Below are positions 35,329-48,057 of a stretch of DNA of 64,000 bases, in pieces. The notes beneath the pieces were generated by a model. The model did not search any database. It worked only from the letters and a program-made list of their open reading frames with translations, and had not been told where the DNA came from. Position numbers and translations under genes: made by a program. How positions within the stretch are numbered: position 1 is the stretch's first letter; every line of letters starts with the position of its first letter. Source of the DNA: Octopus vulgaris (taxonomy: Eukaryota); NCBI GenBank assembly GCA_951406725.2, contig OX597832.1, positions 1,240,001 to 1,304,000 on the forward strand, read 5' to 3'.

Positions 35329-38300
35329 TCAGTAACTTTGTGCTACTTTGAAAACTATATATTTCGAACAAGAATTTAGCAGCACCACCACTACCCGAAC
35401 AATTGTCTCTTGCAGACTCAGACTTTTTGCATTGTTATTTGCTGTTACCAAAGTTATGAGTTCGTTCCATGTTTTTGTCTGGTATTGTAATATTTTTGTG
35501 TATTTTACTTTGAACTGAACTGTTGTCCTTCGTGGAACGGTAATTTTCACCCTACGGGGCAGAAAATTCTGTTTTAAAATTATTGTGGAAAAAAAAAATT
35601 ATTATTGCTGAACTGTTTTTCTTTACCCATTGCTGGGTAGTGAATTTATTTTGTCATTTTTGGTGATTTAAAAAAAGAATTATATGATGGAATTTAATAT
35701 TGCCTCAAAGAACGATTTTCCTGCGATGGGAAAAGGTAATACCAGTGAAAATGTAAGTGAAACAAAAACACAGGAAAGGAAAGACCCAGTTTTTCTGCCA
35801 CTGTAGGCAGCAATGTAATAAAAATGGAGCAACTATTTAAGTTTCATAACTTAATCAGGAAAAGTGGTAGTGACACAAAACTACTGACTCCTCCAGAGAC
35901 AGTGCAAGCGATATATGCGTGAATGGTTGTGTATAAAATTTACAACTTTATAGAAAAAAGAATTATGGACGCCAAGAATGACATCGTTGAAAAATGTTTG
36001 GCACCTATTTGGAACCAAGTAACCTACGTTAGCTGTGGAACAAGAAGCACAACGGTGGAAGCACAGTTCAAAACGGCTAACATAGTGAAGGAGGTCTCCA
36101 TGAAAACCTTAAGAAATGAGGAAATAATTCTGTTACCCACATACTTGGGTTGCAGAACAGTGAAAATGACAGTAGATGAGATCCTGGCTGGTTATGAGGT
36201 TATGTGGGTAGCAGTGGTGGTCATATACGATGTGGAGGAGGCGGTGTTGATATTACAAATGAAAAAAAAAAAGAAGCCATCAACTGAAAGGCCAGACGCT
36301 CAAGATGGTTGTTTAAGCGTCGAATGAAATGCTAGAAAATTTGCCTGATAGGATGTTTGTAGGGGAGGGGCTAACCATGGGAGTAGCTGTTGAAGAATGT
36401 AGGCCTCGTTGCTTCAAATGTGAAGAAAAGGGCCATGTCCGCTTAAGGTGCATGAAAAAAGCTGCGAAGGCAATAAAAGGAAGAAAGGAAAAGCTGGAAA
36501 ATACAACAGAAACGAAAGAGGGAACAATGGCGGAAGAAAAGACAGATAAGAGCGATGAAATGGAGTATACTACAGTATCACACAAAAGAAAAAAGCACAA
36601 GTCCCAGACTCCTCTCCCCAAACAAAAAAATCTGTTAAACACACAACAGACAAAGCAAAATTCCTCAGACCAACCCCGTGGTAAAACCTTTTACCAACCC
36701 CCACCCCAAAACACAAGAAAGAATTGTTTCCTACGTGAAAGCACACCACAAGACTCGAGTTTTCAAAGTAACTAAAGATATGTACCTGAATATAAGGTTC
36801 GCAAAAATATACGCGGGCCTATTTTTGGAGCTGAAGGGAAGGTATCCGGAGGGTATCATAGACATCAGCTCCCAAATGGCAGACAAAAAATTATTAACAA
36901 GCCCAGTGACAACACCATGAAAAGCCCAGTGGCTACACCAATGAAAAGCCCAGTGGCTACACCATTAAAAGAAAAGGATGGGGAGGCAGGCGAATTTGTG
37001 CAGCCCCTCCCCAAACTCCAACTGTCAGTTACTCCTTTTTTTCCATTTTTCACAATGGCAATTAAGTTAGGGAGTATAAATGTACGTAGGCTGGGGTTGC
37101 AAAGGAAACAAGCTTGTCTCCTGAATGACCTCACGTCATGAGATATAGATGTATGCATTGCAACTGAGTCCAAGATGAGTGGGCCACAAGTGTTCTTGCC
37201 TCTTCTAAATGGCTATGAGAAATTTATTTCTCCTAGCCAATGAGGAAGAGGTGGGTGGTGGTCCTACTCAGGAAGACCTTGAACTTTCAGCTAAGTACAG
37301 TCTTTCTAGACCCAGAAGGTAGGCTGGTCGTCCTAGATGTGACTCACAAAAGAAAACAGTCCTTCAAGTTGGTAGCAGTCTATGCTCCTAAGGAGTGTAG
37401 GCAGTCTGATCTTTATTGAGACCTAGAGCACTTTCTAGTGACGTCAAAAACAGTAGTTCTGTTAGGAGACTTTAAGACTATCCTCGATGCATGGGTGGAT
37501 TGTGTTGGCTTGACTGATAGGAGGGGAAATCCTGGCCTCAAGGGTCTACTAGAGAGCTATAATCTAGTAGACCATTACAGACTGGATGAGCCGAGCGTTC
37601 CACAGTGGATGTGGAGTAATAATAACGGCTCACGCAGATCTTATATAGATAGGGTATTCGTTAGAGAAAGAGATAGGAATACTTTTAGTTGTTCACAATT
37701 TTGTATTGTACCTTACATGGATCACAAATTTGTGACGTGTGAGGTACATATAGATAAATGTCATAGACAGGGACCCGGGTACTGGAAAATGAACAAGTCT
37801 ATTTTGACTTGTGAAGCTTTCCGTGCCCGGATTAAGGATTTAGTACAAAGGGCACTTTGTGGCCCTCAATAAAGCCATTTGTTTAGAGTCTATTAGATTT
37901 AGCAATCAGCTAAGTTTAGTTAGATCTAGAGTAGAAAGGGAACTAGTTAAGAATTTAGACAAGGCTATGGAATCTGGCTCTGCAGCTAGAGTGCTGGCGG
38001 CAAGAATGGTCTTGTACTGTCACCTCAAAACCAAACACGAAGTTTGCAGAGTTAGAGCTAAGCTACATGCAGTGGGGTGAGAAGGTATTAACATTGCCGG
38101 ATGGGCCCGTTGTGTGGAGCGTCAGGGGGGCAATAAAGCCTCTATAAAGTCTTTAACTGACAAACAGGGGCACAAGATCTATGGACAGGAAATGATGCAA
38201 AAGGCCTTTCACCAGCATTTCACCCGGTTGTTTGGCAGAGCATGGGGAATTCGTAAAGGGCTTCCTCGCTGGTGGACCATGACTCTTGGCATGTGAGGTG

Positions 38301-40523
38301 GAATACTGCGGAGGTCAAAGAGGTGTTGGCTGAGTATGCCAGGGCTGGATGGTCTACCCTATGAGTTTTATCATAGCATGCTGGAGTTGTTTGGGGACCT
38401 GCTGGCAACAGAATGGGAGGATTCCCAGCTCTGTGAGTTGGGGAGTGGTGATGCTGATCCAGAAGGACCCGAGTAAGGGGGACAGTATAAGTAATTATAG
38501 GCCCATAACTCTATTCAATGTAGAGTTAAAGATTATGGCCAAGGTGTTAGAAAAGGTTGATGTGTGTCGTGGAGAAGCTTGTAGGGAAGGCGCAGACATG
38601 CACCATTCCAGGCAGGTCAACCCAGGACAATCTTCCCCTTATACACTACACCTTAGACAGGTTGGGAAAATTAACCGGCAAAGGTAGGGCACTAGTTCAT
38701 TTAAACCAAAGTAAAGCATTTGATAGGGTAGACCACCAGTATCTGGAGGTGGTCCTCAAAGTGGCTGGGCTGGTCCCGGACTTCTGTAGGTGGATCTCCG
38801 CAATGTATAGCACCATCAAATCCACAGTTCAGATAAATGGCTACCTGTCGGAGCCGTTTTTGATCAAGCACTCAGTTCGTCAAGATTGTCCCCTGTCTCT
38901 GCTTCTGTTGGCTCTTGAGCCATTACTGCAGAAGTTGGAGAATTCGGGGTGCACCCCCAATGAAAACTGGATGCAATAAGTAGGTCTCTGCTTATGCAGA
39001 TGACGTCACCATCATCGTCTCCAATGAGGCTCAGCTACCTTGTGTAGAGGACCCTATCAAAGGATATGAGGTGGTGGCATGGACAAAATTTAACAGGGAC
39101 AAGTCCATCGGCTTGCACCTCGGCACCTGAGGAGCAAATCAATATCATCCAGTGTCTCGGGTCATTGGACAGATGGTCCTTTTACGTTTGGTTTGGACTG
39201 GACTCCCAGATGAAGAAGAATTGGAGCGAGGTGGAAGACAGGGTAGAGGCCCTAATTCAGACTTGGTCCGGACGGGCTCTGTCCGTGAACAGAAGGGCAG
39301 ACGTGGTACAGGTGTTTATTGCATCTGTAATCACCTACTGCCTAACCGTTGTCCCTGGCCCTGACTTGTGTTTAAAGAAGTTGGAGTGCTTCCTCTTCTG
39401 CTTATTGTGGAAAGGAGGAAAGCCACTTGTGAGGTGCTCCGTCTGCTGCCAAGAACAGCTAAAGGGTGGGTTAGGGATGCCCTGGCTAATGATGTGTACA
39501 CATGCATTCAGGCTGAGACATCTCTGGCACTACCTGGAGGGTGACAAGGTGTGGAATCCGCTGGTGCAGGAATTCTTTCCGCGACCAACCTCTTTGGAGA
39601 GATTCAAACCAGGTTATTTTAAAAGACGTAATCTGACAGAATGGCAAAAGGAGTGTCGACAGGCACTCGTGCTAATCCACAAGACAGGCAAGGCTGGCAG
39701 TGGGAATACCACCTCGGTTTTGTATAAAGGGCTGGTAGAGTTTAAAAATGATGTCCTAGGAGGGGCTCTGGGGTTCGACGAAAACCAACTTGCCAACCTG
39801 TTCCAAAAAGCTTTCAGGCCAGGGTATTTGGATAATTACTAAAAATCCCTGATCTGGCAGTGCTACAGGAACACTTTACCTGTTCGCGATAAATTATCCA
39901 GGCACAGAATGTCAACGGCATGTCCAAGATGTGGGCTGGACGATGAAACCGTCCTGCATGCTTTTGTACACTGTCAGAAGCTTTCAGGCTTGATAATTTA
40001 CGTTGAACATGTGTTGTCACATCTAGGCAGAGTACAGCTATCAGCTGAGTCTATAATAAAGATTTTGCCGTCAACCAGACTCTCAAAGAAGGTGAAGCAT
40101 TTTTCTCTGTTCAGTTGCAGTGTTGAAAGAGTGTGTGTGGAAGACCAGATTGCAAGGACTCGTGGCGGGATTCTTCATCTCTGGCCCTGGTCTACTATTA
40201 TACTTCAGATACCATCTGAAGGGCAAGACAGGGCTGGAGAGGAGAATTCTGTTGCGAAGTGTGTTCGAGAAAAGATGGAAGGCCGTGATAAGAAAGGTGG
40301 GTGTGAGTAACCCTACTTAATCCTCATTGGAAAATGGAATGGGATTGTCGCTGGGCCTTTCAAGATCCCCCATCCAAGTTAAAATATATATATATATTTC
40401 ATCAATATTTTAAATCTATAAGTTACATTCGAACTCATCATAACATTATTTGTGTGTATTGTCCTGTATTGTCCACTCTATGTGATATTCATTATCATAA
40501 TAAAGAATTTACCTCTAGCCAAA
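35329..40523 (+). mobile_element. Full-length but decayed Tx1/L1-clade LINE (ORF1 with CCHC; ORF2 APE-RT-zinc finger)
   Basis: ORF1 CFKCEEKGHVRLRC; ORF2 IKLGSINVRRL, LLGDFK, SYIDRVFV, MDHKFV, GPGYWKMNKSIL, NYRPITLFNVELKIMAKVL, KAFDRVDH, VRQDCPLS, AYADDVT, CPRCGLDDETVLHAFVHC; AATAAA near 40499. Confidence 0.93.
36899..36970 (+). repeat. Three approximately 24-bp tandem repeats near the end of Tx1 ORF1
   Basis: aaagcccagtggctacacca units encoding KSPVATP. Confidence 0.85.
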
Positions 40524-40550
40524 CAGTTATTCTGTGCTAATGAAGAGAAA

Positions 40551-40799
40551 TAACCCAGAAGCTGCGATACACAGATATTATTTTGTTCTGAGTGGGGATG
40601 CTAAACTCCCTTGTTCAAAAATATAAGGACACAGATAGTGTATTATATAGCCAGCTGGAGAGAATGTTTCCTGGGGCTAAATAACAGTAACATTCATCCT
40701 TAACCAGGACTGCCACGTTATGTTGGCAAATAATCTTTACTCTAGGGTACTGTTACTGAACGTCTCTTGTTGAGAGATTTACAAATAGACATTTTCTAT
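40551..40799 (+). repeat. 249-bp direct repeat, copy B
   Basis: Ungapped match to 35071-35319. Confidence 0.95.
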
Positions 40800-41166
40800 G
40801 ACATGCTAAAAAAGTGTGCTAATAAGCTACATTTACATTTACTTACTGAAAGGCAAGCCAAGCTGCCAAAGATAAGTCATGAATTGTCCCGATAACTTTT
40901 TGAACTTTCTTTAAATGTTTTTGATATACAATATTAAGTTCATTTTTTTTTTACTGTGTACAACTAGAATGAAAAAGCAGCTTTTTACAAATGTATCTCC
41001 GGCAGCTGATACTCTTAAGTCATAATCAAACCTGATTTGGGCTATCAGTTAAGAATTAATGTTTTCAACAAGATATAACCATAATCCTTTATTGTTAAGT
41101 TTCTTTACTATCTTAAGAAAAAAAAAGTCATTCTGTGATTTATATTTTGAAATACTAACATTTAAA

Positions 41167-41511
41167 ACAATTGCAGCATGGAAGGTATTTATAAGCTATC
41201 TAAGAAACACACAAAAACCGTTAGATTCACTTCAACATTTAAATTTAATTTATCAAAATATTTTCGTCGCCTTCAGACCGCGACCTGTTCACTGACAAAA
41301 TTCTGTGCTGCATGGAATTTTGTCAGTGAACAGGTCGCGGTCTGAAAGCGCCAAAAATATTTTGACAAATTAAATTTAAATGTTGAAGTGAATCTAATGA
41401 TTTTTGTGTGTTTCTTAAATGGCTTATAAACACCTTCCACGCTGCAATTGTTTTCGTTCCAGCCACACAATCTCAGATCAGGTCACTTGCTATGCAAGTA
41501 CATCTCCGTAA
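41167..41511. mobile_element. Palindromic PLE-terminal-repeat-like insertion with variant hammerheads
   Basis: About 290-bp palindrome 41164-41454 plus a short tail; flanking direct repeat taacatttaaa (41156-41166, 41512-41522). Confidence 0.85.
41249..41299 (-). ncRNA. Minimal hammerhead-like ribozyme with G3:C8 core variant
   Basis: TTTGTCA-GTGAACA-G-GTCGC-ggtctgaag-GCGAC-GAAA-ATAT-T-T-TGATAAA; copies at 41319-41369(+) and 6362-6412(-). Confidence 0.7.
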
Positions 41512-42805
41512 TAACATTTAAATATTTAAAAATTATCTAATAAGTAGGATTAGTAAAGGGAAGAATTACATCTCATTACCTTCCAGTTCTCTTTGAGGAT
41601 CGGTTTGGAGTGATGGCTCATGTTCCCAGCTGACTTGATCATATTGGGCCGATATCGGGTGAACAGCGGAATATCGATAATTTTTTTGCCGATATCAGCC
41701 TGTCATCAGTACGACATCAAAACTGAGTTATTTTACGTTTTGCATTTCTCATTGTCAGTTCCATTTACTACTATCATCATCCATGTTGAAAAAATTGTAT
41801 TTGTAGTAGTATTGTTAATTTTTTTTAACAGTATTCCAATATCGGGAGGACATTGGATTACTGTCATGCTATAGCTGGACACGCAGGGACAGGGGAAGCA
41901 ACTTAAAATGCAATCCTTTCATTTTCCACATCAAAAGCAGGGAAATTCAATATCTCTGTCGAAAGTTAGGATTAAAAAAACACGTGATTTATCTAGTGTC
42001 ATAATGCCATTTTCAAAACTTGGAGCCAAACATTTAATTTAAGGTATGTTAAATTGGGATGAAAAAAGTTCTTAAAATTGTGTTTTTGAAGCATCAACAA
42101 ACATTATGCTGTTTACATTTAAAGCTAATAATTGAATGGTCATCAACATCTGACAGGTTATTCGTTTTGGTGCATGTAGCCAAAAACAAATAGAAAATAA
42201 ACCAACATAAACCTACCACAGCTCAACATGTATTTCAAATTTCTCAATGAAACCCTACAGAAATGGATATCATTAGGAGAGCTACAGATAGCCTGTCTAC
42301 AGATTCCAGACAGACAGTTCTTTAATAAGTAGTATAATTTGGGGTATCACTTTTAGATGTTTGTTTATTTTTTTGTTTTGGTGTTTATCAACATATCTGA
42401 CAGCTAGGATGACCCCATGTTTGCTGATTTTATTATTTGCATTGGAAGTGGGGCTGAATATCAGTTCCTCAGGATACCTATGTAAAACTCTGAGTCCCCA
42501 CATACCATCCACCTTTCATTTTACGTGAAAGTGCGGGTAGGCTGTCAGACACGTCCATAGATAGCACTACAAGTTTGAGGCTTATCATAAACATTTGTAT
42601 GAGTTGCAATGTGTTCTAAGGTTATGTATTGACAAACATATACCCATGTTATTCACTATGTGAAGGGAAATACATGTAATTCCCTGTTTGTTTTCCATTC
42701 AATTTTGTACAGGGCACCAGTTTTTTTAGATGATGAGAAGGATGATGATTCTGAGTATCAAAGACGGATGCTTCAAAAGCCACCTCCTGTCATTCAGTTT
42801 CCAAA

Positions 42806-43189
42806 TATAGGAGCACTCCGTCGGTTACGACGATGAGGGTCCCAGCTGATACGATCAACGGAACAGCTTGCTCGTGGAATTAACGTGCAAATGGCTGAGC
42901 ACTCCACAGACACGTGTACCCTTAACATAGTTCTCGAGGAGATTCAGCGTGACACAGAATGTGACAAGGCTGGCCCTTTGAAATACAGGTACAACAGAAA
43001 CAGGAAGAAAGAGGGAGAGAAAGTTGTGGTGAAAGAGTACAGCAGGGTTCACCACCACCCCTGCAGAAGCCTTGTGAAGCTTTAGGTGTTTTCGCTCAAT
43101 AAACACTAACAATGCCCGGTCTGGGAATCGAAACCGCGATCCTACGACCACGAGTCCGCTGCCCTAACCACTGGGCCATTGCACCTCCA
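42806..43189 (-). mobile_element. tRNA-derived SINE
   Basis: Minus-strand head tggcccagtggttagggcagcggactc...ggtttcgattccc; 11-bp TSD cagtttccaaa (42795-42805, 43190-43200). Confidence 0.92.
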
Positions 43190-44915
43190 CAGTTTCCAAA
43201 AGAGAGAGCATCTCAACCCCCACTTGTCTTCTCCAGAGCCAAGTAGATATCCACAATCAACTGATATTCACAATAACCCAAAAGAAAGAAGTGCAAATGT
43301 AGCTCCTCCCAACTTGTCAGGAAAATCTGAACAGTTGTTGCATGGTAAGTCAATATTATGTCATTGGTATACTTTAAGGTATGTGGAAAGTGGTTTCAAA
43401 TTTATTTATAAACAGAAAAATAAAACATTTCATGCTTGAAAGCAGCTCTTGGGTATCATTCCATGCAGAGCCATGTTTGAAATGTATGCTTTCACTCTGA
43501 TACATAACTACAGTGCTTAAGAAATAACTGGCAAGTAAATGAGGGTAGAGTCAAAAGAAAAAAACACATGTTCAAGAATTTTATGAATTTAACTTAACTT
43601 GTTTTAAAAGGATTACTTAAAAACAATAAATTGTATAACTCATCCTAACTGGTCTGTTGATATTTGTGCAATGATATCAAGTTTTAGCTTCAGATAGCCA
43701 CAGCATCTCCATGCTGGACGTTTTCTCTTTTGGGAGAAGAGGTACAAAAACTTTGCTTGTATTAGCATGAGGAATATAATACTGTAATATTAACTTTAGT
43801 GTCTTTTACTATTCTAGAGGCCCTCGGGGCACTGAAACATGGTGCCACTTCCCTGTTAAATAGGTATCATAATTCCCATTTCTGAAATATGAAACCTCTA
43901 CCCCTAATCACGGCAAACTAGAAAAGGCAAATAAATATTAGTGTTATACTAGACTTTATATAAGGCCACAGATAGTTGATTGTTGGTTTAGCGATCTCCC
44001 CGATTCCAGAAAGCAAATGTGAAATGAGATTATTATTGATAGTGTATCATTTTCAGTATATCTGTTAGCTACTAATGTCATGAGGTATACTCAGCAAATA
44101 TTTCGTAACTCTACTCTACCTTTTCTTTTTCTGTTTTCTATTTCAGTTCCGGATCAGCGGCTATTCCCTGCAAATGAAAAAATTCAAGAGGAACAGTCCC
44201 AGCAGAGGGAAATGCTGCAGGCTATACTGAAGCTAATTCAAAATATTCCATCCTCATCCTCCATTTCGGAGACAAGAATACTCCCCGACACAATTCATTT
44301 CCCTTGTGAGAGTCAAGAGGGTGTTGAGGCATTGGAAGCTTAGTTAAGTGATGGTGTGGTTCAAAATAACATGTTAAGTTGTACATTTTACATTTTCATG
44401 GTTTTACCTGTTGGTTCATTAATAACCTCTCTGCCCATCTCTAACTGATCTGTCTACTTACATGTGACTATTGCTTCCTTCATTCTTTACATGCCTGTGT
44501 TTCCATATCCCACACACACACACCATAGAAACTCACACCCACCATTGTGTGCTCATCTCGGTACTCATAACCTCAGATTCAGTTTGTTTTGAATGTATAG
44601 TAATTAAAAATATTTAAGAGCATCAACCTGATATTCAGTTGAAAAGATTATTTGATTAAGGTCTCTGCAGGAACTTCAGAAAGTAGCATGGTGCTTGTAT
44701 ACTATGGTTTACAAGTTCTGTTTTAATGGTAAAATAAGTCAACCAATGGCGGTGGGTTTAAATCCTCTGACAAGTGGACATCACATGCATAAACAATTCG
44801 CAAAACTTGATCCTATTTGTATGTTGTCACTGTTTGTCACAAAATAGCCTAGATGCCGAAATTGACGTTGTGCACCATGTGTAATTTAATGATGGGATAT
44901 CTTTCTGGACTCTTA

Positions 44916-46080
44916 CGAGGGACGTTCAATAAGTAATGCCTCTGACCCACTTGCAGTTGTTGGATCTAGCTGAAATTTTGCATGTGCAATCATTTATATC
45001 TCTATAGAGTAAGTGGCAAATTACAGCTCTGAATTAATTGTGGTTTCCGATTTACAGGTGTTTGAACCGAGTCAAGTGTGAAATGGAGCCTGTTGAGTGT
45101 CGAGCAGTGATCCGGTTTTTGTATTTGAAAGGACGCACACCACGGGAGACTTTTGATGAAATGAAAGTAACTTATGGTGATGATGCCCCATCATATGACC
45201 TTGTAAAACGCTGGCATCGTGAATTCAAACATGGTCGGAACTCTGTGGAAACAGCTCCCAGATCTGGTCGCCCCTTCTGCCATTGATGAGGCATCTCTCC
45301 GTCAAGTTGAGGCTGCCATTTTGGAAGATCGATGCATAATTATTCGCCAAATAGCCCATCAGGTCAAGATTAGTACCGGGTCTGTGGAAACTATCATTCA
45401 CGACCATTTGCATATGCAAAAGGTGTCTGCCAGATGGATTCCCAGGTTGCTCACGCCTTTCCAGAAGCAAGAACGCATCGAGTGCTCGAGGGTGAATTTG
45501 GAGATGTGCCAAGAAGATGAGTCAAAATTTGCTGGCAAGGTCATGCTCACAGTCTTCTGGGACCAGGACGGAGTAGTGATGACAGATTTCCTGGCAAAGG
45601 GTACCACAATTGCAGGAGCCTATTATGCTTCACTTTTGAGGAAATTAAGAGAAGTTATCAAAATCAAGAGGCGGGGCAAGATCAGCAAAGGCATCCTCCT
45701 CCTGCAGGACAACGCTCCGGTCCACAACTCGCTTGTCGCCAGATCAGAAGCACAGGCGTATGGCTATGAACTCCTCCCCCATCCCCCTACTTTCCTGACC
45801 TTGTACCCTCTGATTTTCACCTCTTTCCAGTCATGAAGTTGTTTTTGAAAGGAAAGCGTTTTCCCAGATGATGCAGCCTTGATTTCTGAAGTCACGTTCA
45901 GGTTGGAGGACCAAGCTGGGTTCTTCTACAAAAACGGTCTCCAGAGCTGCATCAAACAATGGGAGAAATGCGTAACTCTGGGTAGTTCCTATGTAGAAAA
46001 AGACTAATAACTGTGCCAAGTTTCGTTGCTCTACTGCTATGGGAAGTGAGTCAGGGGCATTACTTATTGAACACCCCTCG
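44916..46080 (+). mobile_element. Mariner (DD34D) transposon, internally deleted and frameshifted
   Basis: TA flanks; TIRs cgagggacgttcaataagtaatgcc / ggcattacttattgaacacccctcg; MEPVECRAVIRFL, RSGRP, WIPRLLT, AGKVMLTVFWD, LLQDNAPVH; first catalytic D region deleted. Confidence 0.95.
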
Positions 46081-47137
46081 TATATTTGCCCAAATTTATC
46101 ACTCTGTCATTAAAACAAAATTGTTGAAGCCCCTACATCTAATTTATAATTCAAATATGTTTGGAATGGTTGACAAATTTTCTATACAGTCAAAGACAGC
46201 TGTGCTTTTTTGTGTTCTCATAATATAAAGTGTTAATGTATCATCAGTCATTTAGCTTGTAGAGTATAAAGCTTTATAACTGAATCCATCCATTTTCAGG
46301 TTAATTACTTTGCTGTGCTTGGGGGTAAAAATGCTAGTGACACAGTGTGAAGGATATGACACCATGTTCTGACCAGCAAATTAGGCGAGCATATAACTGG
46401 TATGGCAAAAAAGGCAAACTTTCATTTGGCCAGTTGAAACTTTCATCAGTGATTCACAGTATGTATTGAAGATATCAGCCTTCGTATACCCAATTCCCCA
46501 AACTGAATAGCCATCTCCTAGGGTTGAGCCGATATGTGTATTATCGATATTTTCTGATATCCAATAGCTCAATTCAATATTGACCAATACCAAAATTGAT
46601 ATCTGCGCTCTGATTACACAGGTGTGATAACACCACTCAGATAAGTAAGTTCATCTTACTGGATGAAGTGCTGCTGATGTAGTCATCAGCAACACTACAT
46701 TTTCTAAGCTGAATTATTAGATATCACAGACGAGAGGTGAGGCTGTTCAACAGTCAGCATCACTCAATAAATCATCCTGGGTGGAACTGTCTTTCTGTTT
46801 CTGAATAATTTTCAAGACAAGCTATCACCATTACATATGCTGTATAACCAACAGCCAATCATATATCGGCTGTCAATAGCAGCAGAATTGTGATCTTTTG
46901 CTGATACTGATACCATGCTGATAATCCACTTTTCTTCAAAACAACAACAGTTGCTTCCAGCACTCAACCAGTTAACAAAGCAGTTGTATTGACATTAATG
47001 TTATGGGGTTTATGCATTCTGGAGGTGAAAGAGCTCAGATCTATGTTAACCATTTACCTAAATCATCAATCAAAATGGCCAAAAAATAAACTAGTATAAG
47101 ACTACCACAGCTTGAAATTTCTTGGGACTCTCTCGGT

Positions 47138-47215
47138 TAAAACCATACAGATATGGATATCTTTAGAACCAGCTCATCAAGCCACTTCTTACAATATCCG
47201 TATCTGTATGGTTTT
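47138..47215. repeat. Short inverted repeat (about 22-bp arms)
   Basis: aaaaccatacagatatggatat / atatccgtatctgtatggtttt. Confidence 0.8.
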
Positions 47216-47417
47216 GTTGAAAAAATGTGAGAATTATCTTTGAAAAATGGACACATGCTAGTTTGGTTTTCAGAGTATTGAAATTAACCACTATGTTGTG
47301 ACACTGAATGTTATATATGTGAGGATAACTGCTGGCAGATCCTCATGCAGGTTGGCCTGTGTTCACATATAACTCTAAAAATGAAAATCATGCTGCAGGC
47401 CTTACCAATTTCTTAAT

Positions 47418-48057
47418 TAGGGTTCCTGTGGGTCTTTAGATTCCTTGAATACTCTTGAATTTCAAAAGTAAAATTTCAGGCCTGGAAAGCCCTTGAAAAT
47501 TATCCAGACACACAATAATCCTTGAAAACTTTGGATTTTATATTTAAAGTTTTATATTCAGTCCATTCCCTGTACTACAGAAGGAAAATGTTCTACTTAA
47601 ACCAAACCAATCATCTGAATTCATATTTGCAATGTTTTCATGTCAGTGTTGGCTGTCTGTAGAGGCAGCCAATACTGGTGTGGAAACATTGCTACACATC
47701 AGTCAACAACTTGAGGAAACAGATTGGGTGATATTTAAACAATATGATTTGAGAACCTAAGTTGTGCAAATAGTTTTGTTTTATCAGAAGGTGTTGGCCA
47801 GGTGCACCAGGGACAAGTTGCCGGAGCTTGATGGTCTGCCCTATGAGTTTTATCATAGCATGCTGGATTTATCCGGGGACCTGCTGGTCAGTGTCTACAC
47901 AAACTGGCAACAGAATGTAAGGATTCTCAGCTCTGTGAGTCGGGGAGTGGTGATGCTGATCAGGAGTAGTAATGATGGTCCTTGAATCTAGCTTGAAAAT
48001 ACCCTTGAAAAACCTTGAAAACTCTTGAATTTTCTTTTTAAAAATGCAGGAAGCCTG
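47418..48057. mobile_element. Non-autonomous TIR element (hAT-like termini) containing a Tx1 RT fragment at about 47785-47965
   Basis: Ends tagggttcctg / caggaagcctg; many ccttgaa subterminal repeats; internal piece homologous to 38315-38460 (PELDGLPYEFY). Confidence 0.65.

Larger units (their letters stand above)
42713..46458 (+). pseudogene. DUF4806-like transposon-associated gene, pseudogenised (exons about 42713-43344, 44147-44373, 46300-46458)
   Basis: AG acceptors at all three exons, gtaagt/gtatgt donors, one donor mutated to ttaagt; FPCESQEGVEALEA*L...VNYFAVLGGKNASDTV*RI...YNWYGKKGKLSFGQLKLSSVI fits the DUF4806 pattern; stops, frameshifts, SINE and mariner insertions. Confidence 0.7.
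41625..47010 (+). mobile_element. Probable EnSpm/CMC-like non-autonomous element carrying a decayed multi-exon DUF4806-like gene; boundaries approximate
   Basis: CCCAG start with gccgatat/atatcg subterminal repeats at 41625-41700 and 46525-46600, 46860-46925; internal spliced exons. Confidence 0.45.
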
